Source of the DNA: a virus | Virus record (IMG/VR): IMGVR_UViG_3300033491_000001 | Reading direction: 5' to 3' (one strand) | DNA length: 64,000 bases | In this document: one piece after another, positions 50,024-58,931 of the stretch | Numbering within the stretch: the first letter of the stretch is position 1 | Layout: every line of letters starts with the position of its first letter | Translations under genes and position numbers: made by a program | The notes under the pieces: generated by a model | The model's database searches: none | What the model was told of the DNA's origin: nothing | The model's input: the letters and a program-made list of their open reading frames with translations, nothing else

Positions 50024-50230
50024 ATGAAGCGAGTTCTACGCTGCGAGTTTCCGACTCTCGGAAAGCCGAAGTTTAGGAAAAAGGCTCGTTGGTGTGTTGC
50101 AGGATACTTTGATGGGCGACTGCAGTTCAGCATTCGTTTCTGTTCGCAGCACTTGGAACAGTGGATGGAAAGGATGGAGAAGGCAGAACTGCCAGACGAG
50201 TGGAAGTTTGAGATCCAGGAACTGGCGTAA
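50024..50230 (+). CDS. early hypothetical protein
   Basis: AGGAGG RBS; 68 aa. Confidence 0.55.
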   Translation: MKRVLRCEFPTLGKPKFRKKARWCVAGYFDGRLQFSIRFCSQHLEQWMERMEKAELPDEWKFEIQELA

Positions 50231-50270
50231 CCTACCAGTGGCGGCGAGTTCACCACTCGCCGCCACTTCT

Positions 50271-50290
50271 GCAATCGCACCATTGTGGGA
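50271..50290 (+). repeat. dispersed dyad, copy 6
   Basis: GCAATCGCACCATTGTGGGA between hairpins 50237-50267 and 50292-50322. Confidence 0.85.
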
Positions 50291-50346
50291 TGCAGGCAGG
50301 CGGAGAAATTTCGCCTGCCTGCGAATTTTTTTAGGAGGTGAGTGCT

Positions 50347-50619
50347 ATGGAGCGTGTAGTGGTTCACTACCATGTTGATGTATTTGACACTGCGAGCAAG
50401 CCGTTGTGGAGCACTCGTGCGTTGCCGAAGAGTGCAGCGGAGCGAGAGTTTAGGCGACTCATCGATGAGTACAGGAAACAGGTTGGGAAGTTCGTCGTCA
50501 GAAAAGCCACTGATAGAGACCGAGAAAGAGGCTTTGTTGGTGCAATCAGGTTAGCAATTAACCACGAACTGGTGGTCGCACTGACGAAATGCGACTGTTC
50601 AGAAGGTTATCGGCATTAG
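50347..50619 (+). CDS. hypothetical protein
   Basis: AGGAGGTG RBS. Confidence 0.65.
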   Translation: MERVVVHYHVDVFDTASKPLWSTRALPKSAAEREFRRLIDEYRKQVGKFVVRKATDRDRERGFVGAIRLAINHELVVALTKCDCSEGYRH

Positions 50620-50671
50620 TGGCAGGGACGGCGAGACAGGGAGTGGAGGCGAAATTTTTGAGTGGAGGTGA

Positions 50672-51217
50672 ATGCGTATGAAGTTTCGCAAAGTGAAAGT
50701 CGTTCTGCATGATGAGCGAAGTGGGAAGGTGTTAGAACTGCATGCGACACCATTCAGTCTTGATGGTGGCTGCATTGAGCCACGCAGTGGTGTGTTCCTT
50801 GACGCAATTGTGCATTATGCAGGCATGAAGTTCAAGCAGTCGGCGACTATCACGAAGCCTTACAGTTTCGACGGACCTCAGGATGCCGAAGCAACTGCAA
50901 AATTAGTCATCGCTGACTTTCTGCGTTGTCTGGCGTCGTTAGAGAGGTCGATGCGAGTTCCACCAGAGTGGGATCACGATGCAGAGTGGCGCATTTATGT
51001 GCAGGCGAAAGCGTCCCATCTCTATACTGCTGCACAGGAGAAGCGCTTTCCACTGGATGTCTTAGAAGTTGCTGCAGAATTTGGGCAATTTTGCGGACTG
51101 TGCCGCTTTGTCTACTTGTATTTCTGCTCCACGAATGCGTATTATGCTGATAGACTGCGAACTGCCATCGAGCAGTTCGAGAATGATGGTAGTCGGTTGT
51201 TCACTGCGGCTTTGTGA
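50672..51217 (+). CDS. hypothetical protein
   Basis: GGAGGTG RBS; 181 aa. Confidence 0.65.
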   Translation: MRMKFRKVKVVLHDERSGKVLELHATPFSLDGGCIEPRSGVFLDAIVHYAGMKFKQSATITKPYSFDGPQDAEATAKLVIADFLRCLASLERSMRVPPEWDHDAEWRIYVQAKASHLYTAAQEKRFPLDVLEVAAEFGQFCGLCRFVYLYFCSTNAYYADRLRTAIEQFENDGSRLFTAAL

Positions 51218-51478
51218 TTACTTCTTCGCCTTCTGGAACAGGTAGAAAAGCCAGAACCTTTCGCCGCCGACAGTAATTTCCATTGCACGCTTTGCTTTTG
51301 GTGCAGTTGGTGGCGGAGTAGGTTCTGAGCGCACCCAGATGTCTACCTTCTGACCAACTATAGGCATATCAAACTGGACATCTGGGCGTGGGTCGGCTGC
51401 GTACTGACGCAACTTCTTGAGAGTCTGCTGAAGTGCCCACATTTTCACCAAGTCAAGCACCAATGGCAGTGGCAGCAT
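51218..51478 (-). CDS. lone minus-strand hypothetical protein
   Basis: GAGGTG RBS; abuts the upstream gene's stop; divergent from the RHH gene. Confidence 0.55.
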   Translation of the reverse strand: MLPLPLVLDLVKMWALQQTLKKLRQYAADPRPDVQFDMPIVGQKVDIWVRSEPTPPPTAPKAKRAMEITVGGERFWLFYLFQKAKK

Positions 51479-51536
51479 GACTAATCACCTCGCAAGTAAT
51501 TTATTCGTGTGTAAAATTTTAGCACGGAGGTGACCT

Positions 51537-51770
51537 ATGATGAAGGAAATTCGTGTTCAATTAACTGAGCCGGAAATGGAGTGTCTGAAGGAGATGGCAC
51601 ATCAGGCTGGGATTAGTGTAGAAGAAGCAGCACAGCGAGCAATTCGTTATGTCATCAAAGAAGTCGTGTCTATCAACCCGCAGTTCTATCAAAGACTTCG
51701 CTCCCAGATGTTCTGGGAGCACTACAGACATTTGAACGAAGTCTTGCGCAGGAACGGAGGTGGGCAGTGA
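51537..51770 (+). CDS. ribbon-helix-helix (CopG-like) regulator
   Basis: KEIRVQLTEPEMECLKEMAHQAGISVEEAAQRAI. Confidence 0.65.
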   Translation: MMKEIRVQLTEPEMECLKEMAHQAGISVEEAAQRAIRYVIKEVVSINPQFYQRLRSQMFWEHYRHLNEVLRRNGGGQ

Positions 51771-52057
51771 TGGCGAAGGTTCTGAAGAAGGCAAAGCACT
51801 GGGCAAGGCGACTGCGTGAAATTTTCGGGCTTACCTGTGGCGCAGTTGCGACTTTCGCTGCGGGACTAACGATTATTCTGGTAGTAGTCGTCTTTTCTCT
51901 TGTTGGTGCGTTGATTATCCTGTCGGTGAAACTTTTATGTCTGCCGTTAGTCATTCTGGCATCTCTCGTCTACCCAGATGACCGAAACTATTCACTGCCT
52001 GAGCGGGTTGTAGAAGATGTGCGTGAATGGTGGCGACTGATGCATGCCGAAGTTTGA
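51770..52057 (+). CDS. small membrane protein
   Basis: Long hydrophobic stretch GLTIILVVVVFSLVGALIILSVKLLCLPLVILASLV. Confidence 0.6.
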   Translation: MAKVLKKAKHWARRLREIFGLTCGAVATFAAGLTIILVVVVFSLVGALIILSVKLLCLPLVILASLVYPDDRNYSLPERVVEDVREWWRLMHAEV

Positions 52058-52140
52058 ATAGTGCAAGAGAACACCGCACCGTGCAGGTTTTTTTCATGAG
52101 CCTGTGCGGTGCGGGATTTTTTTGATGGAGGTGAGTGGTC

Positions 52141-52413
52141 ATGACGGTGCAGGAGATTTTGCACTGGAAGCAAGAGTTGAGGCGAGTGATGCAGGAGTTT
52201 CTTCAAGTTTGGCAAAAGTGCCCGAAGTGTGGTGCGAAGTGGGCAGACATTGCTTGGGACGCAGAAAGTGACCACGAATCTCTCCTTGTTGAATGTCGCA
52301 GTGGTCACCTGTTTAGAGTCGATGAACAGTTCTGGTTATTTGACTACGACGACACAGGTGTCTATGCGCCGTCGGAGACTGCGATGGCGGAGGTGAGTGC
52401 GCATGCAGGATGA
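52141..52413 (+). CDS. Zn-ribbon hypothetical protein
   Basis: CPKC...CRSGH. Confidence 0.55.
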   Translation: MTVQEILHWKQELRRVMQEFLQVWQKCPKCGAKWADIAWDAESDHESLLVECRSGHLFRVDEQFWLFDYDDTGVYAPSETAMAEVSAHAG

Positions 52414-52810
52414 GCGCAAGAGCGTGTGCGTGCTTTTCAGGGAAGTGCAACACATCTTTCCGCCAGTGATGCGCAACGAGCCTGACCTGCGGAAGATGCT
52501 CGTCTCCAGTGCGCATTTTAGAACTCCCGAAGGAGACGACATTGAGTTGTACCAGACTGCCACACGGGAATTAGCGTTGCTGATTACTTCGGAGAATTTC
52601 AAGCAGGAAGCAACGCAGGAACAGGCAATGAAGATCTTGCGCAAGGCAGTCGCAAATGGAGTCTTCGATGAACTGCTACTTGCGATGACTGTGTTGAAGT
52701 GGCTCAAGCCACTCATACTGCAAACTGCAGACCATGCTGCACAGCGAGAAGCAAAATACCTTGAACTTCGCCTGATTGCTGGCGAAGTTCAGTGCGGAGG
52801 TGAGAAGTAA
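52403..52810 (+). CDS. hypothetical protein (paralogue of next gene)
   Basis: GGAGGTG RBS; ILRKAVANGVFDELLLAMTV. Confidence 0.6.
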   Translation: MQDERKSVCVLFREVQHIFPPVMRNEPDLRKMLVSSAHFRTPEGDDIELYQTATRELALLITSENFKQEATQEQAMKILRKAVANGVFDELLLAMTVLKWLKPLILQTADHAAQREAKYLELRLIAGEVQCGGEK

Positions 52811-52832
52811 TGAGAGTTAAAACGGAGATGTC

Positions 52833-53231
52833 GTGTTTGAGTGGTCGGAGGCTGGGAAGTATCTGCCGCCACGGATTGCGATGCACGGCTACACGGTGAT
52901 GGCGATTCTCGGTCAAAACACCAATTTAGAGTTCAAACTTGGCAATGACAGGATTGCGTTCGTCACTGACGAACGAGACATCTACATCAGGGTGATTCCC
53001 TATTCGGGTCATTCCTACCAGTCGCTTTCCGAGTTGATTGCTGCGTGTGAGCAAATTTTGCAGAAGGCGACACAGGAAGGAGTGTTCAGCGAACTTGAGA
53101 CTGCGGTTACAGTAGCAGTCATGCTGAACTCCTACTTTGAGCGACTGGCGCAGCGTGTAGTTAATCGCACCAATGCAGACATTTGGGCTGCGATTAGAAG
53201 CCTGCAGGCGAAGTTGCCGCAAGGGCAGTGA
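52833..53231 (+). CDS. hypothetical protein
   Basis: ILQKATQEGVFSELETAVTV shared with previous gene. Confidence 0.55.
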   Translation: MFEWSEAGKYLPPRIAMHGYTVMAILGQNTNLEFKLGNDRIAFVTDERDIYIRVIPYSGHSYQSLSELIAACEQILQKATQEGVFSELETAVTVAVMLNSYFERLAQRVVNRTNADIWAAIRSLQAKLPQGQ

Positions 53232-53321
53232 AGTCATTGTAGTAGCGAGCAATAGCCGTGCGCCAGTGCCAAAGAGTGCTGGCGCACGGCTGTTGAATTT
53301 TTTGACTGGAGGTGAGCGTCT

Positions 53322-53618
53322 ATGAAGTGTCCAGTGTGCTTACAGAAAGTCGAATTAGTCTACTTTGCCGAGGAGAGAGTGCACAAGATTGCAGTTGAAG
53401 ACGGTGAGTTTCAGTTGTTTGAGAACATCAATGTAGAGCCGACTGAGATGATGATTTTCCACACTGACGAGAACGAAGACCCGTGCGTTATTACTGAAGA
53501 TGAGTATGAGCACTTCATTGAACTCCTGCAATTTCTGCTGCGAAAAGTTCCGCAGCCTGCGCCAGAAATTGAGCACTTATTCTCCGAAGAAGAACTGAAA
53601 GGAGGTGGGCAATCATGA
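53322..53618 (+). CDS. CxxC...H...C Zn-binding protein, tandem paralogue A
   Basis: MKCPVC...EIEHLFSEE. Confidence 0.65.
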   Translation: MKCPVCLQKVELVYFAEERVHKIAVEDGEFQLFENINVEPTEMMIFHTDENEDPCVITEDEYEHFIELLQFLLRKVPQPAPEIEHLFSEEELKGGGQS

Positions 53619-53923
53619 AGTGCCCACAGTGCGGAAAGGAAGTTAGGCGAGTCATTGTAGAAGAGCGGACATTCCACAGAGTTGACTTTGATGTCACTGG
53701 TGTTCGCAGGAGAGTGCGTTGGAATGTTGATGGCGAGACACTCGGACTGATTATTAGCCACAGAGAAGGTGACGAAGTGTGCACTTTCACTCCCGCCGAC
53801 GATGAACACCTGCTGGAACTGCTGGCAAGTTGGCTTCTCAGCGAAGAGGACTACATTGACCCAGCAATTGAACACCTGTTCACCGAAAAGAGCGAGGTGG
53901 TCAGAAGTGTTGAAAGCGAGTGA
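53615..53923 (+). CDS. CxxC...H...C Zn-binding protein, tandem paralogue B
   Basis: MKCPQC...AIEHLFTEK. Confidence 0.65.
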   Translation: MKCPQCGKEVRRVIVEERTFHRVDFDVTGVRRRVRWNVDGETLGLIISHREGDEVCTFTPADDEHLLELLASWLLSEEDYIDPAIEHLFTEKSEVVRSVESE

Positions 53924-54101
53924 TGGTTCAGTTTGGCTGCCAGTAACGGTGTCATCTGCGCCGTGCGAAATTTGCAGGCGCAAGAGTAAGTCGGTTGTCT
54001 ACGAGTGCACCGAAGGCAAGTGGGCAGGCGTGCGTGTAGTTGCCTGCCCAGAGCATGCAGAACGGGCGATTGAGCGATTTATTGCTGGAGGTGATGAGTG
54101 A
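53907..54101 (+). CDS. small Zn-finger protein
   Basis: CEIC...CPEH; GTG start after GAGGTG. Confidence 0.5.
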   Translation: MLKASDGSVWLPVTVSSAPCEICRRKSKSVVYECTEGKWAGVRVVACPEHAERAIERFIAGGDE

Positions 54102-54457
54102 TGTTTGCGAAGAAAGTGGATGCGAAGACTACTCCAATTGCTGAAGTTTACGACAACTGGGAGAAAATCTGGATGGGAGAGCGAGAAATTAGACGCTTTC
54201 TCGCCTACACTGGACTGTCAGCACCGCCTTACAACCTGCGAGTCGAGCACTTCCTGAAATTTCCGTTCCTGCGTGGCATTTCTGCGGGAAAGTTCATGCG
54301 CAAATTGCAGAAGTTGGGAGTGACTTGGAGTTTCAACCGAGATGTTGTGCGTCGTGGTGTTCTTCAAGCAGTGGGCTACAAGTGGCGGGACATTGAAGAG
54401 TTTGAGCACATGCGAGTTTTTGGTCGCAAGGAGGTGAGTGCACATGCGGGCATTTAA
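54098..54457 (+). CDS. hypothetical protein
   Basis: GGAGGTG RBS. Confidence 0.6.
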   Translation: MMFAKKVDAKTTPIAEVYDNWEKIWMGEREIRRFLAYTGLSAPPYNLRVEHFLKFPFLRGISAGKFMRKLQKLGVTWSFNRDVVRRGVLQAVGYKWRDIEEFEHMRVFGRKEVSAHAGI

Positions 54458-54968
54458 GGTCGTGCGCTACTTTGGTGGCGGACCAGTTTCGCTGGACGGC
54501 GAAGTTGAATTTACTGAAGGTGGACGGCACACTGGTGTTTTCGTAGTTGAGTCGGATCTAGAACATGCCCTCTACAGGACGAGAAGTTTAGCGTTTATTT
54601 TTCACCGTGTTGTGCTCTACGAAGTGGACGCCGAACTCTTGAGTCGGCAGCCAGAACGCTACCCAGTTCTCGGTGCGCCGACACAACTGCGTCGGCGCTG
54701 GAAAGAATTGATGCTGGCAGGGAAACTTGAAGAGGCTGAACGCTTGTTTGAAGGCGAACTACAAATCTACACTTATCCGCTTACCTACGAGCGAATTGCC
54801 TGCGCAGTGACATTGCTTCGTCCGCTTATTGTCTGCAAAACGAGTGTGGCTCTGTTTGAGAAGCCGAGAGTAGCCACAGTTCTCGCGCCAGAGATTCTGG
54901 AGGCTATGGAAGGCATCTACCGTGACTGGGAGGTGCATGTGCATGAGGGAGATACAGTCAGCGTTTAA
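54444..54968 (+). CDS. hypothetical protein (ART-fold-like?)
   Basis: AFKVV...GVFVVESDLEHA...LYEV. Confidence 0.55.
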   Translation: MRAFKVVRYFGGGPVSLDGEVEFTEGGRHTGVFVVESDLEHALYRTRSLAFIFHRVVLYEVDAELLSRQPERYPVLGAPTQLRRRWKELMLAGKLEEAERLFEGELQIYTYPLTYERIACAVTLLRPLIVCKTSVALFEKPRVATVLAPEILEAMEGIYRDWEVHVHEGDTVSV

Positions 54969-55392
54969 AGTTGTAGCGGTCGTCAAGACTGAAGGTTCGC
55001 CACTGTATGCGTCTCTTTTAGGTCGCACTCCACGAATCTACGCAAGTGGACTGTGGCATAGAGATGGACCATTTTTTCTGTGCAAAGACTTGGAATCAGC
55101 AAGACAATTTGCCCAGACTATCCTGCCAAGATTTCAGCACTTGGCGATACTGCAAGCCGAGTGCATTCCAGTGATGCCCAGACCGAGGTATGTTCCAGTT
55201 TGGTATTCCAATGCGTTTGAGCGCTTGCAGTGGCGCAGTCTAATTGTGCAAGATGTGGCTGCTGCTGACCGATTTCTGCTGCAAACGGGCATCCCTGAAC
55301 ATTTGCAAGACTGGGAAATTCTTGCCTACGAGTTTCGCCTGATAGGCGAACCAATCGTTGAATTTCTGCGTGAGAAAGGAGGTGAACAGTGA
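54943..55392 (+). CDS. hypothetical protein, paralogue of previous
   Basis: AFKVV...GPFFLCKDLESA...ILQAE. Confidence 0.55.
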   Translation: MREIQSAFKVVAVVKTEGSPLYASLLGRTPRIYASGLWHRDGPFFLCKDLESARQFAQTILPRFQHLAILQAECIPVMPRPRYVPVWYSNAFERLQWRSLIVQDVAAADRFLLQTGIPEHLQDWEILAYEFRLIGEPIVEFLREKGGEQ

Positions 55393-55802
55393 TGGACAGA
55401 GAGAAAGTGCTGCAAGCGCTCAAAGAAGCCCAAGCAGAGTACGACATTAAGGACTTGGACAGGTTCGTCAGGACTGCTTGGGAGGAAGGTGACGCTTTGC
55501 AGGCGCAGTTTGTCGCAGAGATGATTGAGCGTGCAGTTGAAATTCTGTTTGAACGGCACTTTCTCTGGGTGCACATCGTAGAGTCGGAAGATTGTGAACT
55601 GTGGCTTCCAGATGGTTGGTACTCCTTTGTCGCTGTGCACCCAGAGACTGGTCAATGCTTGACCTTCCTTAATGACCCAGTTTACAGTTGGAAGTCTGCG
55701 AGTTTCAGGGCACGCATCAGGAGTGCTGATGATGCCGTTGACGCAGTGATGAGGCTCGTTGAACTGATTGAGCAAAACCTGAAGAGTCGTGCCGTTGAGT
55801 AA
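55392..55802 (+). CDS. acidic paralogue family member 1
   Basis: YSFVAVHPETGQCLT...DDAVDAV. Confidence 0.7.
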   Translation: MDREKVLQALKEAQAEYDIKDLDRFVRTAWEEGDALQAQFVAEMIERAVEILFERHFLWVHIVESEDCELWLPDGWYSFVAVHPETGQCLTFLNDPVYSWKSASFRARIRSADDAVDAVMRLVELIEQNLKSRAVE

Positions 55803-55826
55803 ATTTTTGCGATGGAGGTGATGTCT

Positions 55827-56270
55827 ATGGAGTTAGAGCAATTGACCTACACCGAGGAACAAATCAAGCAGGCGATTGAGGAAGTCTGGCAGGAACTGCT
55901 GCAGGAAGCTGACGCCGAAAATTACTCGCTCGAAGAATATCTCGAGGACTACCGCAAATACTGGGATGAGCCAGATTTTCCTAACGACATCCCAGAGTTG
56001 ATTATGCGCACTGTCGAGAAAATCGTCGGAAGCCCGCTATCATGGTACTGCGAACTGGTTCGAGATCCTGCGGGTTTCACTGGCGAATACTCATTCGTTG
56101 TAGTTGATCCAAAAACGCAGAAGTGCCTGACCTATCGTGAACACACCTTTGATGGCGTGAATGTTCATCGCTTCATAAATGTTGCTGGGACTGTTGTCAA
56201 CTATGAAGACATCGTCCGACTGGTCACCAAGTTACTCAATCAAATTCAGTCTGCGTTAGCCGATGCGTAG
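55827..56270 (+). CDS. acidic paralogue family member 2
   Basis: YSFVVVDPKTQKCLT. Confidence 0.7.
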   Translation: MELEQLTYTEEQIKQAIEEVWQELLQEADAENYSLEEYLEDYRKYWDEPDFPNDIPELIMRTVEKIVGSPLSWYCELVRDPAGFTGEYSFVVVDPKTQKCLTYREHTFDGVNVHRFINVAGTVVNYEDIVRLVTKLLNQIQSALADA

Positions 56271-56285
56271 AACGCAGCATTGCAG

Positions 56286-56322
56286 GCGCCGAGACGAACT
56301 TCAGCGTCTCGGCGCTTTTTTT
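56286..56322 (+). terminator. intrinsic terminator
   Basis: GCGCCGAGACG/CGTCTCGGCGC + T7; related copy at 56771-56812. Confidence 0.75.
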
Positions 56323-56352
56323 GCACAAATCTGCGAAAGGAGGTCGGAGTCT

Positions 56353-56751
56353 ATGGAGCGTGAGGAGATTATCGCTGCACTTGAGACTGCGTTTGCCGAA
56401 ATTTCTGGCGCTGAGTATGAGGACGAGCCAGAAACTTTCGCTGAATTTCTCGAGTCGTTCAAGAAATTCCGTGACCCAGATTTTCCCGTTTACTGGATTC
56501 CCTACACGATTGAGGAAGCAGTTGAGTTGCTCACTGACAGGAAATTCGGCTGGCACGAAGACCCTCTCAAGGACGAGTGGAGTTACACTGGCGAATTCAG
56601 TTTCATCTGCGTCGATCCTGAGACACTCAAGTGTCTGACCGCAGAACGCTCAAACGGTAGTTGCACAGTCAGCGTAGTGTTTCCAATTCTCAACATTGAC
56701 GATGCTGTGCAGGCTGTTGAGTATTTCCTGCGATTAGTGCAACGAGCGTAG
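56353..56751 (+). CDS. acidic paralogue family member 3
   Basis: FSFICVDPETLKCLT...DDAVQAV. Confidence 0.7.
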   Translation: MEREEIIAALETAFAEISGAEYEDEPETFAEFLESFKKFRDPDFPVYWIPYTIEEAVELLTDRKFGWHEDPLKDEWSYTGEFSFICVDPETLKCLTAERSNGSCTVSVVFPILNIDDAVQAVEYFLRLVQRA

Positions 56752-56840
56752 TTCTGCGTCGCCGGAAAGTGCCGAGACGCAGGATGAAGAGTCCGTGCGT
56801 CTCGGCGTTTTTGTGAATTTTGGACTGGAGGTGAGCAGGC

Positions 56841-57371
56841 ATGGCACAACAAACGCTGTCAAAGCGAACACTGCCGAAACGGGAAAGAGCCTTCTGGCGC
56901 AGGGTGCAGAAACTCGTTTTGCCGCAACTTGCAGGAAAAGTGTGGTTTCCGAGTTGGTGGATGAGCAGGACTGTCCCAGAAGGGTTCAAAGAGTTTATGT
57001 TGGACAGATTTGCGTCGGAGATGCAGTCTGATGAACAGAGTGCGCATGCGTGGTCTCTCTCCGTGTGTGAGATTGTTCGCTATCTGGTCAACTGCCCAGA
57101 AGCCCAGTTTGAAGTGCTTTACAACTACCCATCCTGTGATGGCTTTCCGTACCTGCTTCTGAGTCGAAGCGGAGAGGTGCTCGGACTCGTGTCAATCTAT
57201 CCAGTAGACTACTACGAAGATGGTATTGCCAATTGGCGGGAACTGCGGGATTTCCTGCTGAGAGTCGCCGATTCAGTTCGGGCAATTCTTGAGAGTCAGA
57301 ATCACGATTCTGCAGCACAAGCATCAGGAGGTGGTGTGCGATGCCAGAAGTCTGGCAAGTCTACGAAGTGA
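56841..57371 (+). CDS. hypothetical protein
   Basis: GGAGGTG RBS; 176 aa. Confidence 0.6.
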   Translation: MAQQTLSKRTLPKRERAFWRRVQKLVLPQLAGKVWFPSWWMSRTVPEGFKEFMLDRFASEMQSDEQSAHAWSLSVCEIVRYLVNCPEAQFEVLYNYPSCDGFPYLLLSRSGEVLGLVSIYPVDYYEDGIANWRELRDFLLRVADSVRAILESQNHDSAAQASGGGVRCQKSGKSTK

Positions 57372-57651
57372 AGAGTGTTGATGCACTTCTTCGAGACATT
57401 TGCGGAGAGTGGAACAAAGTCTTCGGAGACTCAAGAACGGTTACTGGCGAGGTCGGTTTCGGCGATTGTGGGAGCATTGTGCAACTGAGAGCGAATTCTA
57501 TAAACTGGCAAACGAACTTCACTTGACATGCTACGGCGAAGAACTGACAAGAGAACGGTGGTCAAAGGCATGGCAGCATCGGACTATTCTGCATCCTAAC
57601 TTTGATGAAGCAGTCAATGAGTTCGCTAACGCTGTTATCGGGTTCTATTGA
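57341..57651 (+). pseudogene. apparently frameshifted hypothetical gene
   Basis: ATG 57341 with RBS; one extra T at ATTTG (57398-57402) would join it to ORF 57400..57651. Confidence 0.35.
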
Positions 57652-57718
57652 TCTGTGACGACATCGCACAGTGACAAAATTTTCGTGCGAACTAAGAATG
57701 CACAGGAGGCACACCAAA

Positions 57719-58327
57719 ATGCACGGTCTCTTCGTCACTTTTGAAGGCATCGACGGCAGTGGGAAAACGACTGTCGCTAATCTGGTCGCTGCTCATCTCC
57801 GACGACAAGGCTTAACTGTCCTGCTGACATCCGAACCGCACACTACTTTCATCAAGCAATTTCTGATGACAGTCAACGAACGAACTGCGTGGACGGAAAC
57901 TTTCTTGTTTCTCGCTGACAGAGCCGAACATGTAGCGAAAGTAATCAGACCTGCTCTGCAGCGTGGCGATGTAGTTTTGTGCGACCGCTTCACTGACAGC
58001 ACTATCGCCTATCAGGGTTTCGGACTCGGACTGCCAGTCGAGCAACTGATGCAACTCAATGACACTGCAACTGGCGGACTTGTTCCGAACCTGACTATTC
58101 TGCTGGACATTGAGCCAGAAATTGGGCTCAGAAGGTCGCAGCGAAAGACTATCTTTGAGCGAAGGTCACTGGAGTTTCACGAACGAGTTCGTTACGGCTA
58201 TCTGTGGCTGGCAAGCAGAGAACTACACAGAATCAAAGTCGTAGACGCTTCTCAGCCACTTGAGTCAGTCATAGAACAAACGCTGCAAATCCTGACCTGC
58301 AGCCTCCAGTCGTTAATGCTACGCTGA
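57719..58327 (+). CDS. tmk: thymidylate kinase
   Basis: FVTFEGIDGSGKTT P-loop, SEP, LFLADRAEH, VLCDRFTDSTIAYQG, PNLTILLDI. Confidence 0.95.
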   Translation: MHGLFVTFEGIDGSGKTTVANLVAAHLRRQGLTVLLTSEPHTTFIKQFLMTVNERTAWTETFLFLADRAEHVAKVIRPALQRGDVVLCDRFTDSTIAYQGFGLGLPVEQLMQLNDTATGGLVPNLTILLDIEPEIGLRRSQRKTIFERRSLEFHERVRYGYLWLASRELHRIKVVDASQPLESVIEQTLQILTCSLQSLMLR

Positions 58328-58459
58328 ACCGTCAGCGAATTTTCTGCGACTGCGAAATTTCGTTGCGCAGTACAGTCGTCGCCTAATAATAATATGTCGT
58401 TTATAATATTTAGGAAGATAAAAGAAAAAAAGAATAACTAACGAAAGGAGGTATGTATT

Positions 58460-58930
58460 ATGGAGCGACTGCGACTGTGGCTTAGTCTCACGCAGGACGA
58501 GAAGTTTGCTGCTGCCGAGAGGGAACTGAAGAACGCGATTCTCGACATCCACGAAGACTTCGAGGAAGAGTGGTCTCTTTCTCGCAGTGTTGAAGACTTT
58601 GCGCCAGATGGGCTCGCTGAAATTGTCATCCAGACTGTCGAGGCTCTGCTTGGCTTGCAGTGGCGATTGGAATGGGACTATGGCGCCGATGCAGATGACA
58701 TGGTTTTGAGCAGTGGTGCAACCACTTACTGGTTCAAAGTTTCTGACCCAGAAACTGGTTATGTGCTGACGCACAAGACTTCCGGCATGACTGGCGAAAG
58801 ACTCCGCTACTTTAAACTCATCGAGACTTTCCGTGATGCAGTTCAAGCAGTCGTTGACCTTGCAGACATCATTGCCAAGAAATTGCCTGTTGTGCGCAGT
58901 CAAGTTTCACTCATCAAGGAGGTGAAGTGA
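58460..58930 (+). CDS. acidic paralogue family member 4
   Basis: FKVSDPETGYVLT...DAVQAV; AAAGGAGG RBS after an AT-rich promoter-like stretch. Confidence 0.7.
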   Translation: MERLRLWLSLTQDEKFAAAERELKNAILDIHEDFEEEWSLSRSVEDFAPDGLAEIVIQTVEALLGLQWRLEWDYGADADDMVLSSGATTYWFKVSDPETGYVLTHKTSGMTGERLRYFKLIETFRDAVQAVVDLADIIAKKLPVVRSQVSLIKEVK

Positions 58931-58931
58931 G

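Noticed and set aside
46332-50290. Classical CRISPR array
   Set aside because: Units are ~390-950 bp apart with genes between them, flanks are not conserved and no cas operon is present; treated as solitary repeat-like units instead.
53163-53172. Seventh dyad copy AATCGCACCA
   Set aside because: Only the left half matches and it lies inside a coding region; likely chance.
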